Assembly: GCF_009914755.1 (NCBI RefSeq) | Contig: NC_060941.1 | Direction: 5' to 3' (one strand) | Origin: the human T2T-CHM13v2.0 reference genome, Homo sapiens | Length of the DNA: 64,000 bases | Part shown: piece after piece, positions 13,830 through 35,840 of the stretch | How the letters are laid out: every line of letters starts with the position of its first letter | How positions within the stretch are numbered: position 1 is the stretch's first letter | Position numbers and translations under genes: made by a program | Notes under the pieces: generated by a model | Database searches by the model: none | Told to the model about the DNA's origin: nothing | What the model saw: the letters and a program-made list of their open reading frames with translations, nothing else

Positions 13830-14015
<186 letters not shown>

Positions 14016-14659
14016 TCAAAGGATGGAGCTCAAAACTCTGGGGTGGCAGGCTTGAGAGGGGACAGGAGCAGGCATGGGAACCCAGACTGTGCCAAAGACT
14101 TCTGCCCACCCTGGTACTTCCTGTGTCTCCACTGAGGCCTGGGCACACATTCCACACCCCTTCTCACCGCTATGGAGTCAGTGCCCACTCAGTCACTCCA
14201 TGTACAAGGAGGCACTTCCAGAGGCCTTATCTGGGCCCAGGGCCCCAGCTATGATCAGGGCCGACTAAGGACCTCTGCTCTCTGGGTGCTCCCTTCCTGA
14301 TGGAGGCGGGCTCATGGGACTGAGGTGGCAGGGGCTCATTTTGGGGGTGTCTAGAAGTCAGAGAGAAAAGAAAAACCTTCTGGGCATTTTCCTTTAAAAT
14401 ATTATAGGTACTATAATAGGTGTGGCTGTTTTTACACCCGCTTCGTGTTGCCATTGAGGCGCATGAGGCACTTTCACCTCGCCAGTTTCAGGTGAGGCCC
14501 AGGGAGGGACTAGGAGCCGGCCTGACAGGCTCTGATCCTGCAGCCACGACTGAGGCAAGTTAGCCAACCTCTCTGCCCCTGTTTCATCATCTCTAAAACA
14601 CATGAAATAGTACCTAATGCATAGTGAGTGCTCAGTAAATGTTAGGGAGAGGTTTGTGC

Positions 14660-22500
<7,841 letters not shown>

Positions 22501-23805
22501 AGAAGAATCAGGAGGTTGAAATCATCAGGGGCTGAGCTGAAATCCCTGTGAGGCTGCTCTGCTTCCATCTCTCCCTTATTCCTAGGGCAGCTCTTTGAGG
22601 TCTTAACCCAGTTGGTGAGATTTACCTGAGGCCCTCCTCCCAACCCCTTGGAAGGCTCTGAACATCAGTTTTTTTGTGTCCTGGACCCAGAGAGGCTGTC
22701 AAAAGTCTTGATCAGTCTCTCAATCACCTCTATTGAAATCAGCAAACACTCCCAGAGGAGATGGGATTGGGGTAACCTCTCTGGATTTCTGTTCTCCTGG
22801 ATCTTGCCTGGTAAATCTCTTCTACTTTGCTAGCTCTCTGATGCCTCTGAGGTAGTTGCTTTTTGTTTTTGCTTTTGTGTATTACATTTACCTCTCCTAC
22901 CTGTCCTCGGCAGGAGGAGGTTCGTCCAGTACCTACAGTACCTATTGCACTGTTCCAGGAAGTCTATTGAAACTTCCTACTCATGGATGATGACAGCAGG
23001 ATGGAATTCCCTGCTCAGGAGGACCACCAAGCATTTTCTGCTCCAGACCCTCCACACCGTGGTAAGCCTAGGCCCAGGCCACGTGCAGTAGAAAGGCCTA
23101 GATTGTGAAATCAGATGGGCCTGAATTAAAATCCACACTTGGTCACTAGATGTAAAGCAGAAGGCAAATGATGTCAATTTTGAGTGTCAGTTTCCTTATA
23201 TGGGAAAAGAAATGGAGAGAAATCTCTCCAGCAGGTATGATTGGGAAGCTCGGATAAGTCCACACAGTGAAAGTATTCATAGTCCCCATGGAGACTAAGC
23301 CCAGGCTTTGTGCACAGTAGGCACTTATGAAGTGCAAGTGAACAATCAGAATGGTTAATAACCACCAGCCAAGGTAGAAAGTAAGCAATGCCAGCCAGGA
23401 AGCCCTTGGGAAAGAGGTTAGACATAGGACGTGGGAATGGTATCCAGACAGATGGATCGGCATGAATAAAGCTCAGATGAAGAAAGTTGAGGGACTAGCA
23501 CAGGAGGAGAAAGTGCCAGGGTCTAGCCGGAACACAACACGCCATGGGAAGTCAGCAGGCACAGAGTCAGGCCTCCAGGCCAAACAGCCACAGTCCTGCA
23601 TGCCAGGGTGGGGAGCCTGCCTTTTACAGGCGTGGCCACTAGCCCTGATGCACTCTGAACTTCCAGAAGGCCAGCTGCACAGCCTGTAGCAGATGAAGGG
23701 GGTGAGTGGGGATGAGGAAGAAGAGGAGGGAAAGGGACAGATGGCGAGAGAGAACGTTGAGGGCTGCTTCAAGAGCCCAGGTGACAATCTGAATGTGAAC
23801 AGTCA

Positions 23806-24030
<225 letters not shown>

Positions 24031-24300
24031 TCAGAGCAGAGCCAAGCTGCTGCGGCTCCTCCCCTTACCTTCAGCAGGCAGTTGGGAGGGCTGTTTTCTC
24101 AGCTGTCTTCTCCCAAGACACGAACTTCCAAACAAAGGGGACTAAGAGATGATGGAGTACCTCTTTAAGTCTGGTACTTTAACGCCGTAGCTTGACAACC
24201 CTGGGAGGCCAGCCACTCTCCCGGGCACAAGGGCACTAGATCTGGTCCCAAGCTCTTGCCCCACTGAAGGAATGGTCCAGCATGCTTACACTCTCCTGCA

Positions 24301-24348
24301 TCCCCACCCTCACCTGAGTATCCCCATCCTCACCTGAGTATCCCCATC
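24301..24348. repeat. 20-bp tandem repeat, about 2.4 copies
   Basis: TCCCCA(C/T)CCTCACCTGAGTA repeated. Confidence 0.85.
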
Positions 24349-24399
24349 GGTAAATACGTAAATGTGTTTTCTCCATCAAAAATAGTCCTCTTTCAACTC

Positions 24400-25780
24400 T
24401 GCGGCTTCTTCCACCCACCAACCCTTTCTCTGCTCCCTTTATAGCAAAACTGCCTCAAAGAGCTGCCACACTCACCGGCTCCAATTCCTCCCCTGCTATT
24501 CTTTTGTGACCCCACTCCAATGTGACTGCTGGCTCCAGCACTCTACCAAAGGGTTTTCTCCATTAATGCCCGTGACCAACATTGCTAGATCCAATGGTCA
24601 TTTCTCTATCCTCGTGTTACTTGACCCATCAGCAGCACCTGATGCAGCTGCTTACTCCTTGATACACTGTCTTCCCTTGGCTTCTGGGTCTCTCCACTGC
24701 ACAGGGTGGCCCCTGCTCAGTGGCTCTTGCTGGTTCCTTCTCAGTGTTGCCGTCCTAAGGCTGCATCTTTGGCCAGCTCCTCTACCTGTACTTGGTGATC
24801 TCATCCATCTCATGGCTTTCAATGTGCTCTAGATGTCGATGATTCCCAAATTTATGTCTCCAGCCTGGTCCTTGCCTCTGCACTCTGGATCAGCACCTCC
24901 TCTTGGATATCCAGTGGGTGCCTCAACCTTAACCCACACCAGGCTGAGCTCCAGGTAGCTCTCCCCAATCTGTTCTTCTCACTGAAAGGCAGCTGCCTAC
25001 TTCTAAGTGCTCAGGCTAAAAGCCCTGCTGTGAATCCTAACTCCTCCTTCTCTCAGACCTCACATCCATCAAAAGAACCCAGCGGCTCTATCTTCAGAAT
25101 ATACTTGCAGTCCAGCCCCTCCCACCATCCCACTGCCACTGCCCTCCTCTCCCATCTCCACTGCTGTCAGAGCCAACTGGGCTGCCTGCTCTTGCCCTTT
25201 CCCCCCGAGTCTATCCTTGTCGTAGAAGCCAGGGAATCTTCTAAAAACATAAGTCAGATCACTTTCTCTGCTGAAAGTTCTCCAGTGGGATCCCATCTCC
25301 CTTTGAGTAAAGGTCACAGTCCTTACTCTGACAAGACCTGCCCAGGTGCCTCTCTGCTCCAGCCACTCTCCTGCTGGCTCGCTCTCCAGTGGCCACACAG
25401 CCTCCTTGCTGGTCCTCAAACATGCCAGGCAAGCTCCTGCTCCAGGGCCTTTGCACTCTCTGCTGTTTCTGCCTGGACAGTTCTCACGGGTTTCCACATG
25501 GCTTGTTCCCTCACTTCCTTCAGGTCTTTCCTCAAAAGTTACTTTCTCGGCAAGGCCCTCCCTGGCAGCCTTAGCGAGATCGCAGCCTCCTTCTCATCAC
25601 TCATCCCTGTCACTTCCTGGCTTGGTCTCCCCTCACACTTCTGGCTTACTAACATCCTAGAATATGCACTCCTTATTATCTGACCCCCCAGCAAGAACGT
25701 GCGCTCCGGGAAGGCAGGGTCTTCTGGTTTGGCTTTGCTCACCCCTGCATCCCCAGCACCCAGAAGACAATCAATAAAGG
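24400..25780 (+). mobile_element. L2 LINE 3' portion
   Basis: Pyrimidine-rich L2-like sequence (CAATGGTCATTTCTC, AGGGCCTTTGCAC, CTCACTTCCTTCAGGTCT) ending near TCAATAAA. Confidence 0.7.
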
Positions 25781-26332
25781 GAAAAGAAGGATTATCATCT
25801 CAGTTGTACAAATGAGGAAACTGAGGCTCAGAGAGCTTAAATAAGTTCAGTCTCCTTTTCTTAAACTGCTATGAAGATGAAACAAGTGCTTTGCAAACAG
25901 CAGAGCACAGAGCGGGCTGAAGTTGTCACCACAGTCCCTCACCTGGTGGAGGCAAGCTACCCCTTGGGAAGTCCTGGAAGGAGAGCTCCTACTCTGTCTT
26001 TTTACTCCAGGTCCTCCCCACTGGCTGAGGAGAGGCCAAATGGTGAGCGGACTGGCCAGAGTGTCCACAGCTCAGCCACGTCCAGGCTGGCTCACTGGGG
26101 CCTGCCTCCTACTGCAGGTGTTGCTCTTTGCTGCCCCGGGGAAGCTCACAGGGTAGGGCGTCTGAGTGCAGTCTTGGTGGATGGATCAGGGAGTCCAACC
26201 ATGGCTGTGTCCTCTGCTCCCGCTTTACCAGGAACACTCATGTTTGGGTTCCCCTGAACTCAGTCTCTACCTCTTAACTTGTTCTGAATGGGGAGGGGAA
26301 GGATATGACACCTTCAGAAACCCCAAAAGTCA

Positions 26333-26473
<141 letters not shown>

Positions 26474-26919
26474 TCATGCTGAGGCCAATGCATTTGCTAG
26501 GCAGGTGCAGCCAAGGGGAATTCTGAACGTGAGACACCTGGGAGTGGGTCTAAGAGACGGCTGGAGATGTGTTCAGAGGAGAGGCTGAGGACCAAGAAGC
26601 GGGAGTCCACGGGAGACTCCCAGGTGCCACGGCCCCTGGCTTTTGCTCAGGCTCTGCCTTGTCTGATTTGTCCTTCCTACTTCATCCGGAAAACTCCTGC
26701 TCACCCTTCAAAACTTACCCTTCAGGGAGCCTGCTCTAACTCTCAAGCTGGTTTAAGGTCTCCTCTTGGCTCCCTTAGCCCTGTGCTTCCCTCCATAAAA
26801 GCAATGATTGCCTGTGTCTAAGTCTGTCAGTTCCTCTAGACCATGAGTAGAGAAGAGATTTAATGCCTTTCTGTGTCCCCACTGCCTGGCACAGGGCTGG
26901 GCACAGATAAGGTCTAAGG

Positions 26920-27409
26920 CAGGGGTCCTCAACCAGTCCGTGGCCTGTTAGGAACGGGTCCACACAGCAAGAGGTGAGGAGCAGGCGAGCAAGCAAAGCT
27001 TCATCTGTATTTACAGCTGCTCCCCATTGCTCGCATGACCACGGGAGCTCCACCTCCTTGTCAGATCAGTGGCGGCATTAGATTCTCATAGGAGCACGAA
27101 CCCTACTGTGAACTGCACATGTGGGGGATCTAGGTTGCATGTTCCTTATGAGAATCTAACGCATGATGATCTGTCACTGTCTCCCATCACACCCAGATGG
27201 GACCATCTAGTTGCAGGAAAGCAAACTCAGGGCTCCCACTGATTCTCCATTATGGTGAGTTGTATAATTATTTCATTATTATTTACAAGGTAATAATAGA
27301 AATAAAGTGCACAATAAATGTAATGTCCCCAAATCATCCCAAAACCATCCCTCGCCACCTGGTTTTCCACAAAACCAGTCCCTGGTGCCAAAAAGGTTGA
27401 GGACCACTG
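26920..27409. mobile_element. MER1A-type hAT-Charlie DNA transposon
   Basis: TIRs CAGGGGTCCTCAACC (26920-26934) and GGTTGAGGACCACTG (27395-27409); 8-bp TSD GTCTAAGG/GTGTAAGG. Confidence 0.85.
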
Positions 27410-28399
27410 GTGTAAGGGAATGGTGCTGAAGTGAAAGGTCTGAGAACCCAGGAAGCCATCATATGCAAGGCTGGAGCTGAGGCCCTGAAAAGAGGGAGGT
27501 GCTGAGAGCAGAGCAGGGAGGAACAGTGTGACTGTCAGTGTGTGTGTGGCGGGGGGGTCGCTGATGCTGAGAGCACAGACACATGTGACTCAGCCCAGCC
27601 GAGAGCCCCTAATAGGAAAGGACAGGAGAGTGGGGAAAGACGGTCTTAGGCACTAGGCTAAGGCAGAGGCGGACAGGGTGGGAGCATGGAGTAGTATCCC
27701 TGATGAAATAGGAAGGCAGGAGACACCTACAAAGCATCAGGCCCTGTCAGAGCCTTACCCAAACCGTCTCAGTCAATCCTCACAATAATATTATAAAATA
27801 ATAATAAACACCACCTCCAACAGCCTGGAAGGACAGTGTAGTGAAGCTTTGAGGTCAGATAGGCGTGGGTTCAATTCCCAGACAGGCCAGTTCCTTTGGT
27901 ATATTTCCCCAGCTGTAAAATGGGGGTGTTAGTAGTGCCTATCTGGTAAGGCTGTAAGGGTGGACCAGTGCGGAGCACCGACTTTGGGACATATTGAGGA
28001 CTTGGTGAGCGTTGGTTTATATTTACAATAAATGATTCCTCTAAAGTGTAGGGGGATGGGGAATAGCGTCCCTCGGGCCTAGCAGGCACACCTTCCTTGG
28101 GTCAATTCCAGGCCACCACCATTGTTGGATGGTTGGATTCGAACCCGAGTTCAAGGATCTGGGGATTCAGAACGCGGGACAGTAACTCCACACGGGACAC
28201 AGCGCAAATGCTGGAAACTCGGCCAAGCCTCGGCTCCTCGCGTTAACCCCAGGAGGCTCCTGCCAGTGATCCAAGCAAGTGGGCATGACCCGTGCGAGGG
28301 CCCACAGGCTTGCCCGAGTGTGACCTCGGTATTAGCTCAACATCTCGAGGTCTGCTTCTATTCCTGCACATCGGGACTCAGGATCCGGGCAACCTCGCG

Positions 28400-29400
28400 C
28401 CAAGCTCTCCAATGCTGGCTCCCCTCCCCCGCCTAACCGAGAGGCTCAGAGGAATGACGTGGCTCTCCGGGGGCCACAGGGCAGCCCGGGGGGTTGCGGG
28501 AAGGGCCCCGGGGGACGCTGGGGGGCGGGCCCTGGCGGGGTCCACGGCCGCTCACCTGGGCGCTCTCCACCTGCCCGTTGACCATGAGTAGAAAGACGCT
28601 AGGACTCGCGGTCGCCATGGCAGGTCTGGGGGTGCCGGGGGGACCCACCTAGGCCGCGCGCGGTTGCTAAGAGACGCCGGCGTTGCCCTAGAAACAGACG
28701 GCGTAGCGCGCAGGACACGTTTCTTGGCAGCGACACCTTCGCGAAGGCCACGCGAGTGCGCGTGTGGCATGCGCAGGCGCAGTGAACGGGCGCCGTTATA
28801 AGGGGGCGGGGCACAAGGGGCGGGGATCCACGCCGAGGCTCCACCCCTCCTTAGGGCAGGTATGACCGAGAGCTGGGGCGGGAGCGTTGACCTGTCGGGT
28901 AAAGCCAGCCCTACCGCTCGACTCAGTTGCACGCGCAGGGAGTGTGTGTTCACTCTGACTCGGCCCGGCTCCCCGTCCCCGCCGAAGCGCAGAGGCGAAT
29001 GAGAGCTGAGTCCTGGGGAGCAGCGCTCCGACTCACGCCCTCAGCAAGCCGAGTGTTTAAAATACATTCAGCCACTAGATGTCGCTGTGGCCCCACCGCG
29101 AGGACGCGGAGGGAGGCGCTGCAGAGCACGGGCGACGTGACCACAGCTGTCGGGGCTAACTCTGGAATGCCGGGTGCTCGGAGGAGCCTCCCCAGCTGGG
29201 GCCAAGCAGCGTCCAAGCAGGTGAAAAGGATGCGCCCCTGTGGCTTGGAGACGCTTGCCCTCGAAAAAGTTTATTAAACAAACTTGGGAGGGACCTCAAG
29301 AATCCTTACATCCAAGCCATCGCTCTTTAGTTCGAAGCTGGGGAAACTGAGGCCCGCAGCGGGCGGCGCCTGGCACCCCAATCAGCCAGCGCTCAGGGGA
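28400..29400 (-). promoter_or_regulatory. B9D1: B9D1 CpG-island promoter: X-boxes, NRF1, GC boxes, CTCF-like site
   Basis: X-box-like 28663-28675, 28682-28695, 28719-28731; NRF1 TGCGCAGGCGCA 28770-28781; GGGGCGGGG at about 28803 and 28817; CCACTAGATGTCGC 29072-29085. Confidence 0.8.
28556..28618 (-). CDS. B9D1: B9D1 exon 1 CDS; B9 domain-containing protein 1 (MKS transition-zone complex)
   Basis: Strong Kozak GCCATGG; MATASPSVFLLMVNGQVESAQ|gtgag. The seven exons sum to 63+69+112+97+63+68+143=615 nt = 204 aa plus stop. Confidence 0.96.
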
Positions 29401-32400
29401 GTTGCTAGCCAAAATCCACGAATCTGTCAAGATACAGTCTTGTATCTTAGTGGCCTGTCACAGAGTAAGCACTTGGTAACTACTAACTTGTTGATAAATG
29501 AATAATTGAAGACATCTCCATTTTACAGAGGAGGAAACAGATTCAGATGGCAAAGGCAGGTAAGTAGCTAAGTCAGGATTCAAACCCAGGACTCCAGAGG
29601 CTAACAACCCTCACTGCCTCTGTCTTGTCCTGGGCCAGCCCCAACAGCATCTGTTGGCAGAGGTGTCAAAGGAGACGTTGGAGACATTATCTTGGATCCA
29701 GGAAATGAAGGGATTCACAGGTGTGTAGACTCCCGGGAGGCCAGGCTCCGAGCAGGGACCCCAGGTCATCACATTCTGCAGCTTCTAGCTTGGGAGCAGA
29801 CTAGGGGAGTCCCATCAACCATCTGCACGAGGGAGGGAAGGAGCAGTCTCAGCCCAGCCTGCACCCACTGAACCACCCCCTGCCTAGTGAGCAAAGATAT
29901 TTGATCAGGGGAGGGAGGCAGCGGGTAACCAGTTCACACATCTGACAAGAGCAGCTGGGGGAGGGGATGGGTGGGCTGGTGGCCCAAGTGCTGCACCCAG
30001 AGCCCAAGACAGGGCCCATTTCCCCTCCTGGAGAGGGGGTCATACTCCCTTCTTCCCCCGCTCTGTCCATCTCTTTCCAGTTAAAGTGCTTTCTCCCACA
30101 CATTCTATCAGTCTCACCCAATTATTTCCTCCCTTTGGCCTTTGAGGCTCGGTGTTGCACACAAGTTAGTTTTCAGCAAAATGCTTGTAGTTATCGAATA
30201 ACTGGGGGCTCCCAGTAGTTTAAGACCTGGCTATACCAAAGGTGGCCCCACATTCAAATAGGACATAATGGGGGAGTCTCCCCAAGGGGTGGGAAGTTCT
30301 AGGGTGGCCTTCAGGGGTACAAATAAGCCCGACCCCTGGGTGTTGGGGAATGGAAGACTCCAGGATAGGATGGGAGGGTGACCAGGCCTAACTTTAACAA
30401 GTCTAGTGGCATTAGAAGCGACTTTAGGAGAGGGGTCTCAGGGGCTTGCATAGGGGCTTGCATAGGGCCTGCTGGAATCCTTACCACCAGTTCAAGGGCC
30501 CAGTGGAGAGCCTGGTGTACTAGAAGTCCTTGGGCAGGCTGTCCTTCAGGTCAGGACAGTCAGGTTGGAGGAGAAGGTAGTTTCTGCAGATGCTGACACA
30601 CAGCGATCTCAGCAGGACACTCTGCAGCTCTTGGGGTGGGATGTAGGGATCTGCAATGGGGTGGGGCAGACCCTCAGCCCAGCTGACATCCAGCCGATCT
30701 GCACCAGTCCAGCCATGCTGGTTGTTAACATATATTGCTGAGCTTCCCTGCCTGTGCCTGTGCCAAGTCTCTCCACCCCCAGATGCCTTCCTGGGCTCCT
30801 AGACATTCCTCGCTCCCACCTCACTCTTAGTACAGCTCTGTCCTCTGGTACACTCCCACGCAGTCCCCTCAGGGAAGCTTCCAGCACATTGGGCAGGCGG
30901 GGCTGTCAGCCATTGGGCAGGGGTGAGGCTGGAAGCTGGCTTGAGCAGAGCAGGTGTCAGCGCCAGCCCTCTTCCCTGCATGCCTATGGCCATGGTGCTG
31001 CCGGGCAGCTGGCCAGAGCCCCTGCAGGGTCCCAAGCTCCACCCTGGCCATCTGCCTCCCCCAGTCTCTCAACCATCCCAGGCTTCTGCTCCCATCCTTA
31101 CTGAAATCGGGTTCAAACCCCTGGCCCCAGCAGAGCTGTCTCAGGAAGAGGGAACAGTGGGATTGAGTGGCCAGGGGGACGGCCTGCACAGCGCTGGTGA
31201 GCGACGGAGGCCTTGCCCCTTGCCAGTTGTGCCAGGACCAGGCTACCAAACCCAGAGCCCTCGGGCCCTGCTGAGGACAAGAGCAGCTCCCCCATGGTAA
31301 CCTGATCTCACAAGAGTCCATCTGCAGTCGATCTGGACCCAAGGTCACACTGAAGTGGGACCAAGGCCAACTGTGGAGAGAGGAGGTGAAGGGGAGGTGG
31401 AGAGCTGGAGAGGCTGGGGGCCACCCTCCTGGAGCCCCTCTCCACCACCCCTCCTGGCTGTGCACCCACCTGTCAAAGCAGTTGGCGCCTGTGAGCACCC
31501 ACTCTTGGGAGATGAGGGCCCCCTCACAGCGGCACCAGGTGTCCAGGAAGATGCTGGCCTGGCCAAGCCATTTGTCTGGGCCCTTCTTGCTGGAGGCCTC
31601 AGCCAGCCTGGACCCTGCACCTCAGGAGACTGAAGCCTCAGAGCTCAGCTCCGGGTCCCAGGGCCTTGCAGGTCTACCATGCATCTCTTTCCATCCAGCC
31701 CTGCGATCTCTGCAGCCCAGCTTCCACCCCTCACCCCTCCAGCTCAAAATCAGACTGCCTGCAGTGGAATCCTATGTGACTCAGGGAAAGTCCTTTAACC
31801 TCTCGGAGCCTCGGTTTCCTCATCACACCCAGGGGGTTGTTGTGAGGATTAAATGTGATAATATATGTCAAAGTTCCATACATTTGTAGCTATTCTTTTT
31901 TTTTTTTTAATTAAAAAGTTTATGGGCACATAGTAGGTGTATACATTGCAGCTATTCTTGTTGCTGAAGTCATTCCTGGGGTGCTCCTGCTTTTTCATGC
32001 CTCCTGGTTTGCACATGCTGTTCCTTCTACCTAGCTCATCATCTCCTACCTATCCGCCCAGAGAACTCCTATGTAGCCTTCAGAGCCCACTCTTGTGAAG
32101 TCTTCCTTGAACGCCTCTCCCCTTGGCCCCACAGTCTGCTCCCCACTTCCCACCCAGAAGCTCATTATAAGTGGGTGTCCGGCTCTGCTTGCTTTTCTCT
32201 TTAGACAGGGAGCTCACTCATCTCTAAGGAAGCTGGGCCTCCTTGAGGACAGCCCTCCATCTGCTCTGCCCTGGTCATCGGGGTCCACCCTCAGCACCTT
32301 CAAGGGGTGGGGAGCCCTGGGGTGCACACTAGGGGCAGGCATCCTGCATACAGACTTGGCGCTGGGGTCTCCAGATCCTCCTCCCAGGAGCTTGTCCTGG

Positions 32401-32934
32401 GTCCTGGGGCAGGGGACTTCTTAGAGTCCTGCTCTGCCCCGTCTCAGGTAAGAGGCAGAGAGGGCAGCTGGCTGAGACCAACAGTAACAATAATAATCCC
32501 ATGTGCCCTCTCTTTACACCCCCACGAAGTCCTGAGCCCCTGTGATTCTGGGCTCCTCACAGTGACCCCCCAGACCAGTGCTCCTAGCCCCCTTTTACAG
32601 ATGGGGAAGTCGAGGCTCAGAGACAAACCGACTTCCCAAGATCACAGTGAGTTGGAAGCAGAGTTGGGATTCAAATCAGGGTCCCTGTGACTCCAAGTCC
32701 CCAAATCATTTCTCTCAAAGGCCTTATAGGTCTTTCCTTCTGTCTTTGCCTCTTGGCTCTTCAGCGGAGGGGCCACACTTGGAACGCCGGTTGCTTGAAA
32801 TGCCTGGTGCAGGCACTCGGCTGAATTTCACAAATGGTGCAAAGTCAATACCCTTTGTGGCCTGTCCCTGACGATTCCTTGGGCCTCACCTCACCCTTCC
32901 CCTCAGGCTTGAAGTACTGTATGCCTGCGGTTCT

Positions 32935-33738
<804 letters not shown>

Positions 33739-34709
33739 TAGAAAGTCCTTCCTGCCATTTCTGCCTGGAAGCTTCCTGTTGAACTTCAAGAGCCCGATAA
33801 CTGCCCCTTCCTCTGGGATGTCTTTTTTCTGATCCCCAACTTGGTCTAGGGGCTCTCCCTGGGCTTCCTCAGCCCCTTGGTCACAGCCCTTCCACACTAG
33901 TGGTCTGACTTGGTCTCCCCAGCCAGACTCAAAGTCCCGGCATATGCAGTGGAGGGTGGGTGCACTGGGATCATTTACTAAATGCTTGTTGAGTGAATGC
34001 ATGAGTGGAGGTCTTTGGGGAGCACTCTGGGGGGCCCTGAGGCCTTGTGGGTAGGGCTGGGCCCTCGGGTTCCAGCCACAGGGAGGGCCTAGAGTCTGAC
34101 ATGGGGAGAGACAACTCGGATCCAGCCTCCTGCAGCATAACAGAATAAACCGGTCTGGGTCTGAGGCAGAGCCCGAGGTGGGATAGAGGGCTCTCAGTTT
34201 CCATTATCAGCCTTTCCTCAACTTGCAGTGTGAGCCCAGGCCAGTCACTGCCGTATTCTGGGCCTCAAAATCTTCATTAATGAGAAGAGGGCATTGCCTG
34301 GACTATCTCACTCTCCTGTTAAGTCATTTGAAGGGCTGCGGGAATCCCTGGCCTTTCTAAACCGTGACTCGGGCTAGGCATGCCCCCTTTACCCCTGAAG
34401 CTCACGGGAGAAAGTGCTTGGAGTAGCTTCTTCTAGGAGTTAGTCAGCAGACAGAGCTGAGTTCCAATCCAAACTCTTCCCCCTCACTGGCTATGTGACC
34501 TTGGGCTGTTTGCTTAACCTCTCTGAGACTCAGCTTCTGGGAAAATGAGGAACATAAGATCCCTACTAGTAGGGCTCAGTAAATGTCAGCAATGGTCTCC
34601 ACAGTGAAGATGATGACATGATTGGAGTCCAGTTTACTTGCAGACAGACAAGTTGAATTGCTGGCCAAATTCTGAAAAAAATCGTAGGTCTTTAAAAATC
34701 ATTCATTTG

Positions 34710-34990
34710 GGGGCGGGGCACAGTGACTCATGCCTATGATCCTAGCACTTTGGGAGGCTGGGGCAGGAGGATCATTCGAGCCCAGAAGTTCAAGACCAGC
34801 CTGGGCAAATAGAGACCCCGTCTCTAAGAAAAATACAATAAATAAATTAGCCAGGCATGGTGGTGTGGGCCTGTGACCCTGGCTACTTGGGAGGCTGAGG
34901 CGGGAGGAGCACTTGAGCCAGGGTTTGAGGATGCAGTGAACTGATGGCGCCACAGCAAGACCCCATCTCTTACAAAACAAAAACAAACCC
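34710..34990 (+). mobile_element. AluJ
   Basis: Diverged Alu dimer. Confidence 0.85.
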
Positions 34991-35705
34991 AGAACCATGA
35001 GTTCTGTTTCTTAACACTGGATGTTACTGAGTATAAGCACCTCTGACGGTTCTAGGATGCTTGTTTCTAAGAGCTACATTTTCCCCCTCTGAGAAACAGT
35101 GAAGTGGATGACATTCTTTTTTTGTTCTTGAGAACTGCTATGAAGAAAAAACATGAAGCATGGCAAAGAGCTAGCGAGGGATAGGGAAGCGTATAGGGTT
35201 ATGGTAGACAAGCAATTCTCCTCTCAGGAGAAGACATTGGAGCAAAGTCCAGAAAGAAGTGAAGGGTTGAGTCATGCACGGATCTGGGGGTGTGTACGTC
35301 CAGGCAAAGAGCATAGTCGGTGCAAAGGCCCTGCATGGAGGGAGGGGCAGTCTGGAGCCTGCCTGCACTGAGACAACTGTGCACCTCTTCCCAGGGCCGC
35401 GTTCGGTGTGTCATGCTGGTAGCTTGCGATCAGCCACGGAAGGAATATTTACACTAAGGAAATTGGCCAATGCAACAATCAGGGCTTTACTATTTTATAT
35501 TTTATTTTTTCTCAGAAAACGGGACGTGCTACTTTACCAGCACATCACTGGGGGTAGGAGATGAGGTCAGAGAACTCGCCAGGCCCAGATCACCCAGCGC
35601 CTGAGTGGCTGGAGGTTAAGTGAGTTGGGTTTTTACAGGGTCCCTCTGTGTGGGTGTGGGGGGAAAGCTGAGAGGCCGAGGAGCAGGCAGATGTGGTCAT
35701 CCAGG

Positions 35706-35840
35706 TAGGTTTGCCAGACTTAGCAAAGAAAAATACAGGATGCATGCACTACTCGGGACATACCTAACTAAAGAATTATTTGTTGTTTATCTGAAATTCC
35801 AACTTAAAACACTGGGTATCCTGTATTTTAGCTAGCAACC
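35706..35840. mobile_element. MER53-like palindromic MITE
   Basis: AGGTTTGCCAGACTTAGCAAAGAAAAATACAGGA ... TCCTGTATTTTAGCTAGCAACCC inverted ends. Confidence 0.65.

Noticed and set aside
25030-25683. 217-aa ORF
   Set aside because: Lies in a decayed L2 and is an S/L/P-rich low-complexity translation.
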